A stretch of DNA of 64,000 nt from Rhizophagus irregularis (Eukaryota): the NCBI RefSeq assembly GCF_026210795.1, contig NC_089429.1:2232001-2296000 (forward strand), written 5' to 3'. The translations under genes were made by a program, and so were the position numbers. The notes beneath the pieces are model-generated. The model was not told the origin of the DNA, did not search any database, and saw nothing but the letters and a program-made list of their open reading frames with translations. Shown one piece after another: positions 26,404 to 40,604 of this stretch (position 1 is the first letter of the stretch; each line of letters begins with the position of its first letter).

Positions 26404-27160
26404 GGCCACGCAAATTAATATTTTCGGTTCACATAACATTAAAATTTAAAATTGACCCGGGGACCCGGGTTTTATTTTTTATTAATCAAAAATTTTATTA
26501 TAAGTCACGTGATCGACTAGGTTATAATTAGATAATCTGTATTTAGGGATTTCGAAGATAATCAAATTTTTTCATTCCAGTTTGTTATTAAAAATGTCTA
26601 TCATACATGTGCGAATAAGTTACAACTCTGTAACTTTAAAAGGTTTACCAGTTGTAAAGGTAACAACTGGTATAAAATGCACAAAGTCCTCATAGCACAG
26701 ATGACTCTTTAAAAAATTATTTTCTATTGTTAAAGTTAATAATACCTTGACATGTAATAGTCCTATTGAAATTCCATATTATTCAAGTGGATTATTTAAA
26801 GAAGCACTTGTTTTAACTATGGGGCAGAATGTGAAGAATTATTGAGAGTATTTTCCATATTGTGAAGATTGTAGTGCGTACCATTGGAGATGATAAGATG
26901 AAGCTCAAGGATATGCTACTAAATTAAAGAGAGAAAGTAAAATGGAGAGGAATGGTCAGTTAAAATAAAAAGAGAAGGAGTAAAGAAAATAAATTTGTAA
27001 AGTCAAGTAACGTAATTACTATTCATAATAATTAAGATTTAACCAATAAAATTACTTTGAATTACGTGATAAAAATTTTACATATAAAAATTTTTTGGCC
27101 AAATTTTGAAAAAGCGACCCGGTTGGGTAAAATGAACCGAAAATATTAGTTTGCGTGGCC
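26404..27160. mobile_element. PIF/Harbinger-type non-autonomous element (757 bp)
   Basis: ~28-bp TIR GGCCACGCAAA(T/C)TAATATTTTCGGTTCA; 3-bp TTA TSD at 26401-26403 and 27161-27163. Confidence 0.85.
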
Positions 27161-27429
27161 TTAGTCCGAGACAAGTGTCCCTGGTCCGGAGAAGTGACGT
27201 GAACGTCATCGCCGGAGCATAATCTTGTTGAGCCGGAAGAATCCTGACCACAAGTCATGTGAGTTGGCTGTGTTTGTGCAACAGAAAAATTTCGAAAGAA
27301 ATAAATACGCTAACCGAAACCTTTTTCTTTTTTCCCCATACAAACGCGAGAAGAATGTGAAAATCTTTTCTTGCGTCACAGGACCTACCCTATAAGTTGA
27401 TACTGGCGGTAAAAGCATATGCTATGAAA

Positions 27430-28530
27430 GGCTGAGAACTTCGCAATTCCGAGATCGCCAGGCGTAAAACTAAGTTTGAGTCTTCCAGTAGTGATCGCTA
27501 AACTAAAAGGAACCAAGATTCGATTTCATGTACTTTCAAAGGTTCCTTGACATCATACAATAGCGATAATCATCTTCCTTACAGTATCTTCTGCGATCGG
27601 TCCTTTTATTTTTCCGCGGACAACAGTAACGAGATATAAAGCGTAAAAGGACTGGTAGAAGTTCAGCAAACCTTCCCGCGAAAAAATAAAGTGCGTATAT
27701 CATTTATTATCTCCTCCCTTTGGTCGTCGTTCATGAAGATATTAATGGAAGACTGCAAGACTCTACTCTGAATCTAAATTTTTGTGACGCAACGGCTAAA
27801 AATTTGGGCAAGATGTCTGATATTATTCTCGTCTTATTATTCCTTGTGGTAACTTCATGGTCTTACGATCGATAAAGCTACGCAGAGAGTTACAGTTGGA
27901 AGAGTCAAACAGTTAACGCACTTGAAACTGCAATTCAAAGCAAATTGGAGACACCCTTTAATAATGTTCGCTTGGATTCATCAAACTTCCGATGAGGCGC
28001 TTATGCAACCGCAGGCCTTGATTTCCTCTTTTTTTGGACTATTACCATATTGTCGAACGTCCCCTGACAGAACAGTTTTCTGTATTGTATAATGCTAGTA
28101 ATCGACTCGTTAAACGAAGAACTTATTTGCATCACTGAAGGAAGCAGAATCAGGAAGCCAGCCTTAGGTATCATGCAAAATGTGATGCAACTCGATAGCT
28201 CCTACCACACGAACAAGAAAAAAACGAATGGCTTCCACCGCTTTCGATAACGATTTTTGATTACCTCTATGGGATCGTAACCACAGCCACGGATCTTCAT
28301 CATGTACACGCCAGAAAGAATTTATTGCACAAAAGCCACTTCGTCGGGCGTTAAAAAGGTTATGGAAGTGATCGTAGGTTTATTGAAGGATAGGGTAGAG
28401 GTTGATGACACCCTGATGCTAAGAGAGCTAGGACAGAAAATAAATTAAGGAATGGTTAGGTAGTCCGCTATAATTAGTATAGACATCATTGTTCGCATGT
28501 ATTATGGGCGTTGACCCGATTATCTCTGTA
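27430..28530 (-). pseudogene. Decayed coding sequence of unknown function
   Basis: GC-elevated stretch with readable fragments (FWRVHDEDPWLWLRSHRGNQKSLSKAVEAIRFFLVRVVGAIELHHILHDT) broken by stops and frameshifts; boundaries approximate. Confidence 0.4.
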
Positions 28531-29055
28531 TTAATAAAGCGAGTCTTTACATCTATTTACCACATAACATTGAACACTTAACATTTCCTGTCGTGTACAA
28601 AAATATTATCAATCACGTCATCTGAGCTGAGTTTCTACATTGATTATCAGATTCAACTATATCTGATTATGTGGCTTTATAAAAACGACATTTGTAAGAT
28701 ATGCAAAATATTATATTGAACGAAAATATTTAACAACATGAATTCTTCTATATACCCCGGATACAACGGTGAGCCTTATAGCTTCTTTAATAACATTCAT
28801 TCGGTTTCTAATCAAACTTTCTACTTTTTGGTTCTCGCTTCTTATATGAACTGGCTATGTACCTTCTTTACCACCAAATAAAAAATTTTGCGCACTCCTA
28901 GCAAGTAACAATATCTTTCTTATGACCGGTAAACACTGAACGTACGAGTTATAAAAAAAGATTTGCAGACATATTGGGGTTATCGAAGAACACTGAAAGG
29001 TAAAACGAAAGCGAGATGAAGAAAAAGAAATAACCCATCATCAAAACGTTTCCGA

Positions 29056-29620
29056 TCCGTTATTTCTCTTACTTATCTCATCCAAGGAAATACAATAGCA
29101 GATGCCTTCGGAGTCGATATTGAGAAGAGTAAATCTATTAGCAAGCTTAAAGACATTATCAAGAAAAAGAATACACAAACATTTGCTAACTTTGATGCAA
29201 AGGACATTAAGCTATGGAAGGCAATAATTCCCGACGATCATATCGATCAGTTGAGAACTCTTACACTCCAGCACAAAGACGAACTCTTTGCAATGAAAAG
29301 ATTTCGAAATACTTCCCTTTTATACCTCCCGAGGAGCATATTCATGTTGTCGTAAAGTCCCCACGTAAATATCAGTTACAGTATACGAATTTTACATTTA
29401 TTCGCCCTGTATTATTCATATAACATGTCTTCGTTTTCCAGTTCTTAGTCTGAAAGAGGCGTTGACATGTATTCCGCCACCAATTACGTATTCTCCAAAA
29501 TGTACAAAGTCGGAAAAAAAAACTACTAAAGTAAATTGAGATCCACCTACAAGAATATTTCTATGGAGACTTTTTTGATGAAGTTAATCAATTCCATTTC
29601 GACAAACAGCCAGATAAAGT
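29056..29620 (+). pseudogene. Crinkler (CRN) effector-type N-terminal domain, disrupted
   Basis: LIQGNTIADAFGVDIEKSKSISKLKDIIKKKNTQTFANFDAKDIKLWK, then a frameshift into ISKYFPFIPPEEHIHVVVKSP (LWK and HIHVVV hallmarks); no intact start codon. Confidence 0.75.
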
Positions 29621-31267
29621 GGTATTTATAAGGAAGGATTTTTACTATAGTTTTAGTCAGTCTCTTGACTCAAGACCAAAGAAAATGGAAAGAAAAATTA
29701 GTAGCAATAAATTAGGAAAAAAGAGAGCTTAACAGTTAATTCTGTTCTCTCATATTAACAATAAATAAACAATAAAACTTGTATCAAATATTTTAAAAAA
29801 TCTAAACCAATCAATGTACTTAATTTTATTTAACTAATAACTAATAAAGTTCTTATTCTAAATAACCAAAATCCTTGTCGGGAAAGACGAGTGGCAACAG
29901 TCTTTCGCACGACAACGTCAATTTCGGTCACACGTTCCATACTTCGGTTGCTCATAACGCAAATAAAACCCTTCAGGTGCAAAGCGTTGAAAAAAGTTTA
30001 AATAAAAAATAATTTATTTGGATAAAAAGCGTCAGACGCACGCAGAACATGGTGTCCTTATATCCTTCGAAGTGGTGCGGTTTGCAATGAGGGGTGCTCC
30101 CGACCGGAAGGATGCAAAACCTGCGGTGAATTGACGGCTTCACAAGTATGGCGCATGCAATAAGCATGCAGGGAAATATTCAGAATCAAAACTTTTATTA
30201 TCGGAAGAAACTAGCCGAGATGGATGCGCAGTTAATGGTGCATCTGGAGACACCTTACGCAATACATCCGCGCAAAATCTAGAAGCAAAAGGCCAAATTG
30301 TGCAAGTTTGAGGTGCGTAATAGTTTTGATCACGATTTTTGGGCGACCCAAGACGCTGAAATTTGCGGGATCAGAAATTTCGGTCACATGATTTTTTTGT
30401 CGTCTCTAGCGTCCCTAAGAGGCCATTTCTGGATGTTTCTAGTAAAAATTCCAACTGGAGACGCATCTGGAAACGCCTTTTCATAACTCCTTTGGCTTCT
30501 AAGCGCGAATTGAGTCGTTCAAGGTGGGTGGCACCGTGTCTAGTAAATTTCTCGATCGGAAAAATAAATCCGACTACCGGGTGACGCTGAGGTAGTCAAT
30601 TTTATGTGCCTCTCTGGACGATCAACAAATCAGCAAGAGACTAAAAAAAAAATCATATTGTAAAATAAAGTCGCTTAAACTTTGAGGCCTTGATTAAATT
30701 TTGAAAGCTAGATTTATATAAATGAGCATCGGTTTGCAAGGCTAATAAAAAAAAGACATTACCTCCAGTTTTCATGTAATCAAAGCTTTAACCGAACCGA
30801 CAGAAAACCGTAAAATCAAACTATATTAGACATAATTTTTTATATCAAAATATTATTTACTATGATACTTTTAGATTATATAATTAAAATCGTATAAAAT
30901 CAACGGTCAACCAACAGCATTACGATTTTGTTTTATTAAAATTTTCATAGCTCACTTAACTAAAATTTAATTGGGTATAAAAATAATTTAATAGAGCTGT
31001 AAAGCGGAAGAATAATTTGATAAATTGTTTACCGGTAGATGATAACGAATCTAACAAAGCTTATTATCAATGGAAGTGAGGTGATAATTTGATCTTTAGA
31101 GTTTTACAGTTAAAAAATATCGTATATTTTATTAATTTTGTAATAAGTACTAACGGAGAGTGAACGTTTTAATTTCCTGAATTTATATTTAATATTGCAC
31201 AAACTAAGATTCAGACGTATTTAACGTATTTACAGCGATAAATTTTTAATTTCATTGAAATTAAGAT

Positions 31268-32802
31268 TTATTTTTTTTTAATGATTTGAAATACTTCATA
31301 ATCTTCTATTAGAAATTTATCTTCACTGTCTCTTATCTTTTTCTCATAATATTTTTGTTTACAGTAAACCACATTAAAATTTAATCCAGCTGCTAATGAA
31401 CCTGATGGATCTAATGAAATTTTTGAACCTATTTTAAGGTCGCCAAAACATGGACCTGCACCTATGTGGCAAACTATTGCTTTATCTATATCTTCTACAT
31501 TACTTAAGAATGCATTTTCAAGATTACTCTTACTTTTAAAAGAAAATAAAAAACTATATTGAGTTTGAATCCAACCACTAACAGAATCCCATGTTAAAGG
31601 ATTATATCCACCAACAATTTCTTCTGTTCCTTTTATTTTAAGAAAAGTGACAGTATTATTCTTATGATCACATAATTCATGAAATTCTTTAGGTTTAAAT
31701 CCATCTCTACTTCCTCTTAACAGAAGCTTAAATTCGTATGGTAAATATAATTCTCTCAAATATGTAAATTTACTATTATTATCCAATTTATTAATCCATC
31801 TTGAAACAATTGAAATAATATTTAAATTAACAATTTTTGAATCAATAGTCATATCTGTTTTTATATTTCTTGGAAGTGAAATATTATCATCATAACTTGA
31901 TTCATAATCAGGATCCATATAAGAGTTTAATAAATCATTATAAAGTTGATGATTTAAAAGTTTTTTATAAGGACTTACTTTATGTAAGAATTCTTTAGAT
32001 GATAAACTATAAAATCTAATCAAAGGTATACAATTCTTTAAAGTATTTTCCATCGCATTGAAATCATCATCCATCCAAGTATCAGAATCTGCATTAAGCG
32101 TAGGATTTTGTGTAATTCCCCATTGTAATACATGTTCCCAAATTTCAACTTCTTTCATTTGTAAATCATCTCTTTTAATAATTGGAACTAATAATTTTTC
32201 AGGAATTGAAGTGAAATCAGTTGAATTAAATAATTTTTCTGGTGAATCAGCAATAATATTTAAACAATAATTTTGGAGTTCAGAAAAATTATTAGATTTA
32301 AAACTTGTTCGATGTGTTAATTCAAAATGTTGTTCTATCCACTCGGATTCGTTTAAAATTAAGTAATTTTGTAAATGACCAACTAATTCCTGAAGAAGTA
32401 GTTCATCTGCAGCTACTAAAATTTTAAGAATATCTGAAGTTTTCAACTCGTCTAACGAAAGAATACCACCATAAATATACCTATATATTAAAAAATTTTT
32501 TTTAATTAAAAAACTCTTTATTAGACGAGTAATTGTAATTAACGTTACCTTAAAATAATTTGAAAGATTTCTGATGATATATTTGGTAATTTAATATGAG
32601 ATAGGACATTATTATTTTTTTTATTTGAAGCTAAAGTTCTTCGTAAATATGGAGAACGGTAATATAATATATTCATATGTGCACGAAATATTTTAACGTT
32701 AGGATCTTCACCGACTTCAATCGTAATATCATAATATTCACTATCATCATCTAATAATTCAATGTAATTTTGACTTAGTTTTGAAAAAAATTCCGATGTC
32801 AT
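31268..32802 (-). CDS. BTB/POZ-BACK-TLDc domain protein (2 exons: 32802-32549, 32480-31268)
   Basis: DITIEVGEDPNVKIFRAHMNILYYRSPYL (BTB); LIR/EVEIWEHVLQWG (BACK-like); LLLRGSRDGF..FHELCD..GGYNPLTW..GPCFG..YEVFQI (TLDc). Confidence 0.92.
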
Positions 32803-33260
32803 TTTTTAAGTGGGAAAGAGAATGTAGATATGTTATGTAGTGTAACCATTACTACAGGTAGATTCTATAAAGAAAAAATTTTTTATTATTGTGCGACTTA
32901 CAACGTCACGAGTTAATTTTACTGTGTTATAGTTTGTTTGTTTTCAGTGCCAATTTAAGTTTTTGATACGTAAAATACTTTCCTTTATTTTAAAAAAGTG
33001 GTTGTACGACTTGTATGTGTACATCATAATTAATACATGCAGATGACCGATGCTAATCCTGATTTATAGCTAATTATGTTTATTGTGTTAGGGGTAATCA
33101 TTTGATGATCGACATAATGCAAAATTCGGGAGTTTATTTTATTTCCCCGAAAAAAAAGGCAAAAGTTAAATTTAAAAAAAAAATTCAAACATTCCCCTAC
33201 TTTTTTCTCTCTCTCTTTTCTTTATTACATTTTCTTTTTTTTTTAAAAAAAAAATAAAAT

Positions 33261-34991
33261 ATGACATGTTCAAAAATATTTTCAGGAGATTTACCTGAAT
33301 TAATAAACGAAGTTATAAAATATTTTCGTCATGATTATAAAACATTACATTCATGTATATTGGTTAATAGATTATGGTGTCGTCTAGCAATTCCATTATT
33401 ATGGGAAGATCCATTTTCAATAAAACTTCCTAAAAATTATCGTTTTATTGAAATTTATTTAAATAATAATTTAAATGAAGAAGATAAAACAAAATTAAAT
33501 GAATATGGTATTAATTATAATAAATTATTATTACCATCAAATACATCAAATAATTCATTATTTAATTATCCTAATTTTATTAAATGTTTAAATACATGGA
33601 AAATAATATTTTCTATTGAACAATGGATTTTAACTATTATAAATGTTAAAGCAGGATTACAATCCACCAATTATTTTTTAAAAAATATGTATCCAAATAA
33701 TTTTGATCAAAAATTAAATTCTTCAAGATTAATTTATAAATTATTATTTAAAATATTTATTGAAAATGAAGTAAAATTACATACTTTTGAAGTTATTGTT
33801 GTTAGAGATATTGATCATGATTGTTTTAATGATGCTTTTAATTTAATTTTACAAAATCAAGATTTTATTTTTAATATAAAAAATTTAAAACTTCAAAGAA
33901 TTGCAAATGGATCAAAAATTTTCCCTTTTTTAAAATTTTTATATTCAAATTGTAATTCAATTAATTCACTTTATTTTCAATTCCCAAGATTTAATAATAA
34001 TAATTTATTAACTGAAGATTATTTATTAAAAATAATTAATTCACAAAAAAATCTTAAAAAAATTTCTTTTGAACGTAATTATTTATTTAAAGGAAAATTT
34101 TTTTTATCATTAAAAAATTCAAATTGTTCAAATACTTTAAATACCATCATATTTTATAGGATAGATTTTAAAAAAATCATCATTTCAAATGAAGAATTTG
34201 AAAATTTAAATGTTTTAGAATCAATTCATATACTTTATTGTTATTCTTTAAATTCAGATTTTATTCAACAAATTATTAATCTTAAAAAACCATTTAAATT
34301 AAAATCTTTATTTATGGATATTATGTTACAAATTGATTCTTTAAATTTATTATTACAAAAATCTGGTTCTTATTTAGAAAATATTGGTTTTGGCTCTTCT
34401 ATAAGTAATGAATTAAGAAAACAATTTGATTTATTTATGAAATATTGTAAAAATATTAAATTTTTTGAATTACCAGGTTTTGATAATTTAAATATTTATT
34501 TATCTTTTGATTTAATTAAAATTCTTGATCAAAATCTTAATTATCTTTCTATAGATTTTCATTATTATCTTGATTATTATTATCATCATAATTTTTCAAA
34601 TGATGGTGATATGGAACCTAGTTCTATAGTATTATTAAATTTGGGTCAAATTCTTCCTCATAAGTTAGAATATTTAAATTTATCTCTTAAATTTGATTTA
34701 AATAATTTAGAAATATTTTTACAAAATTCTCAAAATACTTTTATTAAAAAATTATTAATTAGAAATAAAATGCAAGAAGGAAGTCTTAATATTTTACCTT
34801 ATATAAAGAAATATATTATGAAAAAAGAAAGGGTTAAATATTTAGCTATAATGGAAGTTTATTTTGAAAAAAGGGAAGATTTATCTTTTATGAAAGATGA
34901 GGTGAAAGAATTTGAATCTTATAATATTAAAGTTCAAAATTATGATGATTTATATATTCAAGTTTATGATTTGATAAAAGAGATGGATTAG
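33261..34991 (+). CDS. F-box-like / RNI-LRR-like protein
   Basis: Intronless 576-aa ORF starting MTCSKIFSGDLPELINEVIKYF..LHSCILVNRLWCRLAIPLLWEDPF. Confidence 0.85.
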   Translation: MTCSKIFSGDLPELINEVIKYFRHDYKTLHSCILVNRLWCRLAIPLLWEDPFSIKLPKNYRFIEIYLNNNLNEEDKTKLNEYGINYNKLLLPSNTSNNSLFNYPNFIKCLNTWKIIFSIEQWILTIINVKAGLQSTNYFLKNMYPNNFDQKLNSSRLIYKLLFKIFIENEVKLHTFEVIVVRDIDHDCFNDAFNLILQNQDFIFNIKNLKLQRIANGSKIFPFLKFLYSNCNSINSLYFQFPRFNNNNLLTEDYLLKIINSQKNLKKISFERNYLFKGKFFLSLKNSNCSNTLNTIIFYRIDFKKIIISNEEFENLNVLESIHILYCYSLNSDFIQQIINLKKPFKLKSLFMDIMLQIDSLNLLLQKSGSYLENIGFGSSISNELRKQFDLFMKYCKNIKFFELPGFDNLNIYLSFDLIKILDQNLNYLSIDFHYYLDYYYHHNFSNDGDMEPSSIVLLNLGQILPHKLEYLNLSLKFDLNNLEIFLQNSQNTFIKKLLIRNKMQEGSLNILPYIKKYIMKKERVKYLAIMEVYFEKREDLSFMKDEVKEFESYNIKVQNYDDLYIQVYDLIKEMD

Positions 34992-37169
34992 ATGTTTTAC
35001 TTTGCGTATTTTTGCAATTTAGTATTTCTTTTACTTATATAGAGAATTTCCATGTTACGCGTATATCGAGACTTTTTAAATTCAATTTAGCATAAATAAA
35101 TTTAGTATTTCTTTTTATCGTAATAAAGTATGTACTTTATAAGTTGATAGAAACCTGAGTTATTATTTAAATAAATAAAATTTGTAGTGAAATTAGAAAA
35201 CTTTATATGTCATAACATTTATTAATGACAACGAAAAATATATTTTTTGCTATAGACTGTTCTAATTAAAAAATAATTATAGCAAAGTCACATGGCCTTT
35301 AAGATTATTTAAAATTTCTTGGATAAAAATTTACTTCATACATCTTTAAAGAATAAATATTTACAGAAACTAAAAATAAGTTAACATATTAATCAAGGCG
35401 CCTACGAACTAGGCGGAAGATAGTTTTAGTCGTAATTCGTGAACTACTTTTCGACTACCAAAATATCGCTTATCACAAAATTACATACCAGTTAATTAAC
35501 CTGCTAATAAAAGTTTTTTTAATTTATTACGGATCAAAAAAAAAAATATTAAATTTTTTATAGGAAATACACGTACTTATTTATTAATATAAATGTATTA
35601 TAAAAGTGGTGAGATTGCGAATTCATTGGATTGGATCGGATAAAATTCAACCCAACCCATAGAGGCTCCATAGAGGATTAGATTTTTGAGAAAAATTTTT
35701 TGGTTAAAAAATTTATGTTAGTTATAAGCGGAGTGATGTCACTGATGTGGGTAGATAATTTAAATTAACTGGTTAATTTATCCGGTCAAATTATGTATCA
35801 TAAAGATTATGATAATATTATAGCGAACTAAAATTGTAACGGAGAAAATGTTTTTGTATATCCTTAATATATACAGTATGTTTTACATAATATAATTATA
35901 TTTCAACGAAAATTTTTATGGGTGCGTTTGCAAATTCAAATGGGTCTAGTACGATTGACTATATTGTACCACTGTAACGTCTGAAATTACCTAGTGAAAT
36001 TATTAATTTTGGGCGCAGTCTTGAACATGTCTGTTTTTAATTTACTGCGGTCCGGAATGACCATAATATTTTCATTGGTTATTTTATTATTTTATTTTTA
36101 TTGGTTATTTTATTTTATTATTATGGGACTACGTCCGCGATGACGTTAAACTAATTATTTTATTTGATCTATATAATTTTGCCAATTATATGAGATTTTG
36201 AAAAAGAGAAATTATTATTTTAATTGGTTATTTAATTTCCTTAAATATACTAGTTAAGTTTCATTTAGAAATGGGATTTAGAAATTATTTTCTTGAATTT
36301 TTCATTCTGTTATTTTTTTTTATTATGAAACTCGGGATTTGTTATAAATTTTATCGAATATAATAAAAGTTATTTTTGTAGCTAGTGGTGGCAAACGTCT
36401 TTATGACGGGCACAAGTCCTACACCACCTAAACTTCTTTAACCTTCGTGGTTAACCTTAACTGGTTCTAATAGTTGCGAGAATTCTATTTCGTAACATTT
36501 TTTAATGACGACAAAAATTATAAAGTGGACGGTCAAACTTTTGTAAATGTATTATACTCTTGATTTATTTCAGATTGAAGTAATTTCAAATTACTTCTTT
36601 TCGCTTAATACAGTATGTATTTTCTTCTCCAAAAGTAATCAAAAAGTAATCAAATTTTATCGAACATTACAATTTTAGATATATTATCTAAAATTTATGA
36701 CAAATAAATAAAATAAAATAAAAAACAAACGTCAAACATATATATTACAGTCAATTTTGATAAATAATAATTATGTAGTTGAATTTCAATTTTTTACTTA
36801 ATCTATGTACGTATTTCTTCCATTTTTAAATTTATCACATTTTATTTATAATAAATAATAAAGGAATGTGTTTACCAAAAAAAAAAAGAATTGTTCAATA
36901 ATTTGATTTTTTTTTTCCTGTTGTGCGACGACGGATTAGTCTATTCATCGACGGAGAATTGAGCTCCGAAAATTACTATATTAAGTTGTATAATGGCGGA
37001 TCGCCAACATACATAATTGTATTTTTTCTATAGACGTTTGCAATTTACCGTAATTTTTTCTAAATAGAATTTTCTAGAATTTCTTCATAAAATATAAATA
37101 CCGTCGTTTAATTTTTACATCCAAATTTGAAGCCACTTTCTTAAAATATTATATATGTGGAAATAAGCA

Positions 37170-39700
37170 ATGGCTTATTCACATGAATTTTATGATCCAA
37201 AATTGAAATCTAGTCCTGTACCTATTTTATTTATTCCTTTTAAAAAAAACGAGGAAAAATGTAATTATTGTGGAATTGAATATTCCAAGACACTTAAATT
37301 TGAACAGAAATATTGTAAAAATTGTTTATTTTTGTATATTAAATATATGGGAAACAATACATGCTTGGATACATATATAAGTACAAATAATACTCAGTGT
37401 GTTGAACATAAAGCGACTAGGAATAGTTTTTGTACAATAAACATTCAAGAATGGTGTGAATATTGTTCTGCGATTTCACTCTTTACGCATTTAATCCCCA
37501 ATACTTCTTCATTAAATAATTACTCTATTTCACAAAGTATGTATGATTCTGCTACAAACTATGAGTGGAGGCTATTTTATTTAACTGAGTATGGTCAAAA
37601 ACATTATTACCAAATTTCCTCTGAGTGGATAGAATTGATATTGACTAAAAAGTCCATTCAAGTACTTTATTTATCATGGTGGGATAATTTTGATAAATGT
37701 ATGTTTTGTCTACAAGAATTAAAATATATACACCAAGAGTCAGTATCTAATTGTCAAAAATGGTGCCAAAAATGGTGTTCGCAATGCTTTATAATTTATA
37801 CAGGATGTAGGTATTGTTTAACAACAAATGTTATTTTTGGAATTACAAGTCAATCTCAATGTAAAAATTGTGAAAGAATATCGTTTATTAATATTGATAT
37901 TACAAATGTTAGCAGTGAAAATTGTATCATGGATGAATTTATTCTAACTTTTACAAGAAATGATACAGATTCAAACTCATTAAGGTTTATTAGATATTTA
38001 TATAGTAAAATGGTAAAATATTTAATAGAACGGATTCCATATTCTCAATTTAAAGATTTAAGGAAAATAGGAGAAGGAGGATTTAGTATTATTTATAAAG
38101 CAACTTGGTCAGATGATGGTACAAGGAATATTGACGTTGCTTTAAAAAAATTATTTAATTCACAAAATATAAGTAAATATTTTTTCAATGAGGTAATATT
38201 TGATATTAATATATCTTTCAATGTGCTTTATTCAATATTTAATAATATATTTATTCTAGCTAAAAGCACTTTCTCGATGTAATTATGCAACATTCGGAAT
38301 AATTGGTTTTCATGGTATTACACAAGATCCTATAACAGAAGAATATATATTGATAATGAAATATGCAAATAGCGGAAATTTACATAATTATTTGCAAAAT
38401 AATTTTATAAATATTACTTGGACTAGAAAACTGAGGATTTTAAAGGATATTTCAGAAGGGTATTTTCGTACTTTTTAATGTATTAATTTTATTATTTACA
38501 TTTAAGTTAATCAACTACCAATGTTTCTATATTAGACTTAAATATATTCATGGCAATAATTTTATGCATCGGGATTTTCATAGTGGGAACATACTATCAT
38601 CAATTCAATCTTGGCTAGCTAGAGATCGTCGGAGTATACTTCAAGATTGGCTAATTGGAGACTTTGGATTATCACAACCTGCAAATAGCACCTCACCAAA
38701 TAATGAAATATATGGAGTAATACCTTATATTGCACCAGAAATATTTAAAGGTGCTGCATTTTCTCAAAAATCTGATATATATAGTTTTGGTATGATAATG
38801 TGGGAACTTACAACAGGTTGTAAACCTTTTGCTAGTGTTGAACATGATCATAATCTCATCTTTAAAATTCTTGATGGAGAACGACCTAAAATTACAGAAG
38901 ATACTCCTGAATGTTATGCCGATTTAATGAAAAAATGTTGGGATTCTAATCCTTCAAAAAGACCAACTATTGATAAAATCTGCAACACTATTCTTGATTG
39001 GACTTGGACTGCTATGATTAATCTTCAATTTGAAACTATTATGGAATTTGAACGAGCTGAAAAAAAAAGACTGAAATTAATACAATTAAAGAAACTTGGA
39101 CCCGGATTTAGTGAAAAACCTCATCCAAACGCAATTTATACAAGTAGAGCATTAAGTTCATTAATTTCTAAATCTTCTACTATAGATTTTTCTTCAATTA
39201 ATTCAGTTAGTGCTAAACAAGGTATATTATATTAATGATTACTAACTCGCAGTCAGATATGATCTATTTATTTCATTTTTATATTAACTTAAATACTTTT
39301 TAGAGTATATTACAAAAGAATATGAACTTGATATAAATAAAGTTCAAAGGTAACTGTTACAATGAATAAAAATATTAATAATATAATAGAAAATTAAAAT
39401 TTTTTATTATGCATTCTTTAGTTCATCCACTCAAAATATAAATTCCGGTCAAGTCCCTAATCTTCAGCATCAAAATGTTAGTGGTCCATTAAATTATTTA
39501 ACTGCAAATTCTTCAAGAAAGCGAAATAATGAAGAATTAAATATTGAAACACAAAATAGTAAAAAAATTAGTAAGTAAAATTTTTTATTTACTAATACTT
39601 GTAGCATATTACAGTATCATGCCAATTTAAATTAATTTTCTTTTTAATTAAAATAGGAAAAAATATTAATACTGATGATTCAGATAAAGAACTTTATTGA
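37170..39700 (+). CDS. TKL-type protein kinase with Cys-rich N-terminus (paralogue of 8020-10498)
   Basis: Same exon pattern; GEGGFSIIYKA, VALKK, HRDFHSGN, DFG and YIAPE motifs; last exon ends at TGA 39700. Confidence 0.88.
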
Positions 39701-40604
39701 ATTTATATTAAGCTTATTAAATTTATTGTTTTTAACGATGTGGTACAAATAGACTATTAATTTTTTTGATTAAATAATCGGTACTATTAATTTATATTTA
39801 TATGGTATTTTTTGCGAATTATTTTTAAATAAAGCATGTGATAGTTTATATAATATGATATATAAAATAATAATTCGCCGTACATAATTAATCACATTTT
39901 TCCTTTAAGATATCAATCCTTTTTTGTATTGAAGGCAGGAATGAAGTTTTTTTCAATCAAATTTTTAATAATCTCCAATTTTGAAATTTAAAGTAATAGG
40001 TTAAGGTTCAAAAGTTTAATTGATTTTCTACTATAGACCGTTTTAATTCAAAATTTTTTATAGCAAATTCTAAATCTAAATGATCCTAAATATTATTTAA
40101 AAATTTCTTGGATAAAAATTTACTTCATGTATCTTTTAAGAATGAGAATTATAGAAGTTGAAAATAGAGTCATTATTAGTAATCAAGTGTTTACAAACTA
40201 GATTTCGAATTGTATTGACTATGCCCAATAAATTATCACATTTTATTGTAATATCTTCGTCTACCTATATTACTCCTATCACACGAACTATCATGTAAAG
40301 ATTTTTTTTTACATTCATGATTTTTGTCATTTGTAGAGTCTATATGACATCAATTTTTGATCCTTCGTAAAATAATCCTATAATCATTAGGGTTTGCCGC
40401 GTAACTATCACATGACAAATAAGAAAATTATTTGATAATTTTTGACTATTACTAGTATTGGCTAAAACATACTATTAATCAACACAAAGGCCAACTTTGT
40501 GCGACAAATTACCGTATATAATCCAAACATTAACTTTACTTTTAAACATCTCTTACTCTTTTTTTCTCTTTTCTCTTTAATTTCTTTCGCTCTGCAATAT
40601 CGAT

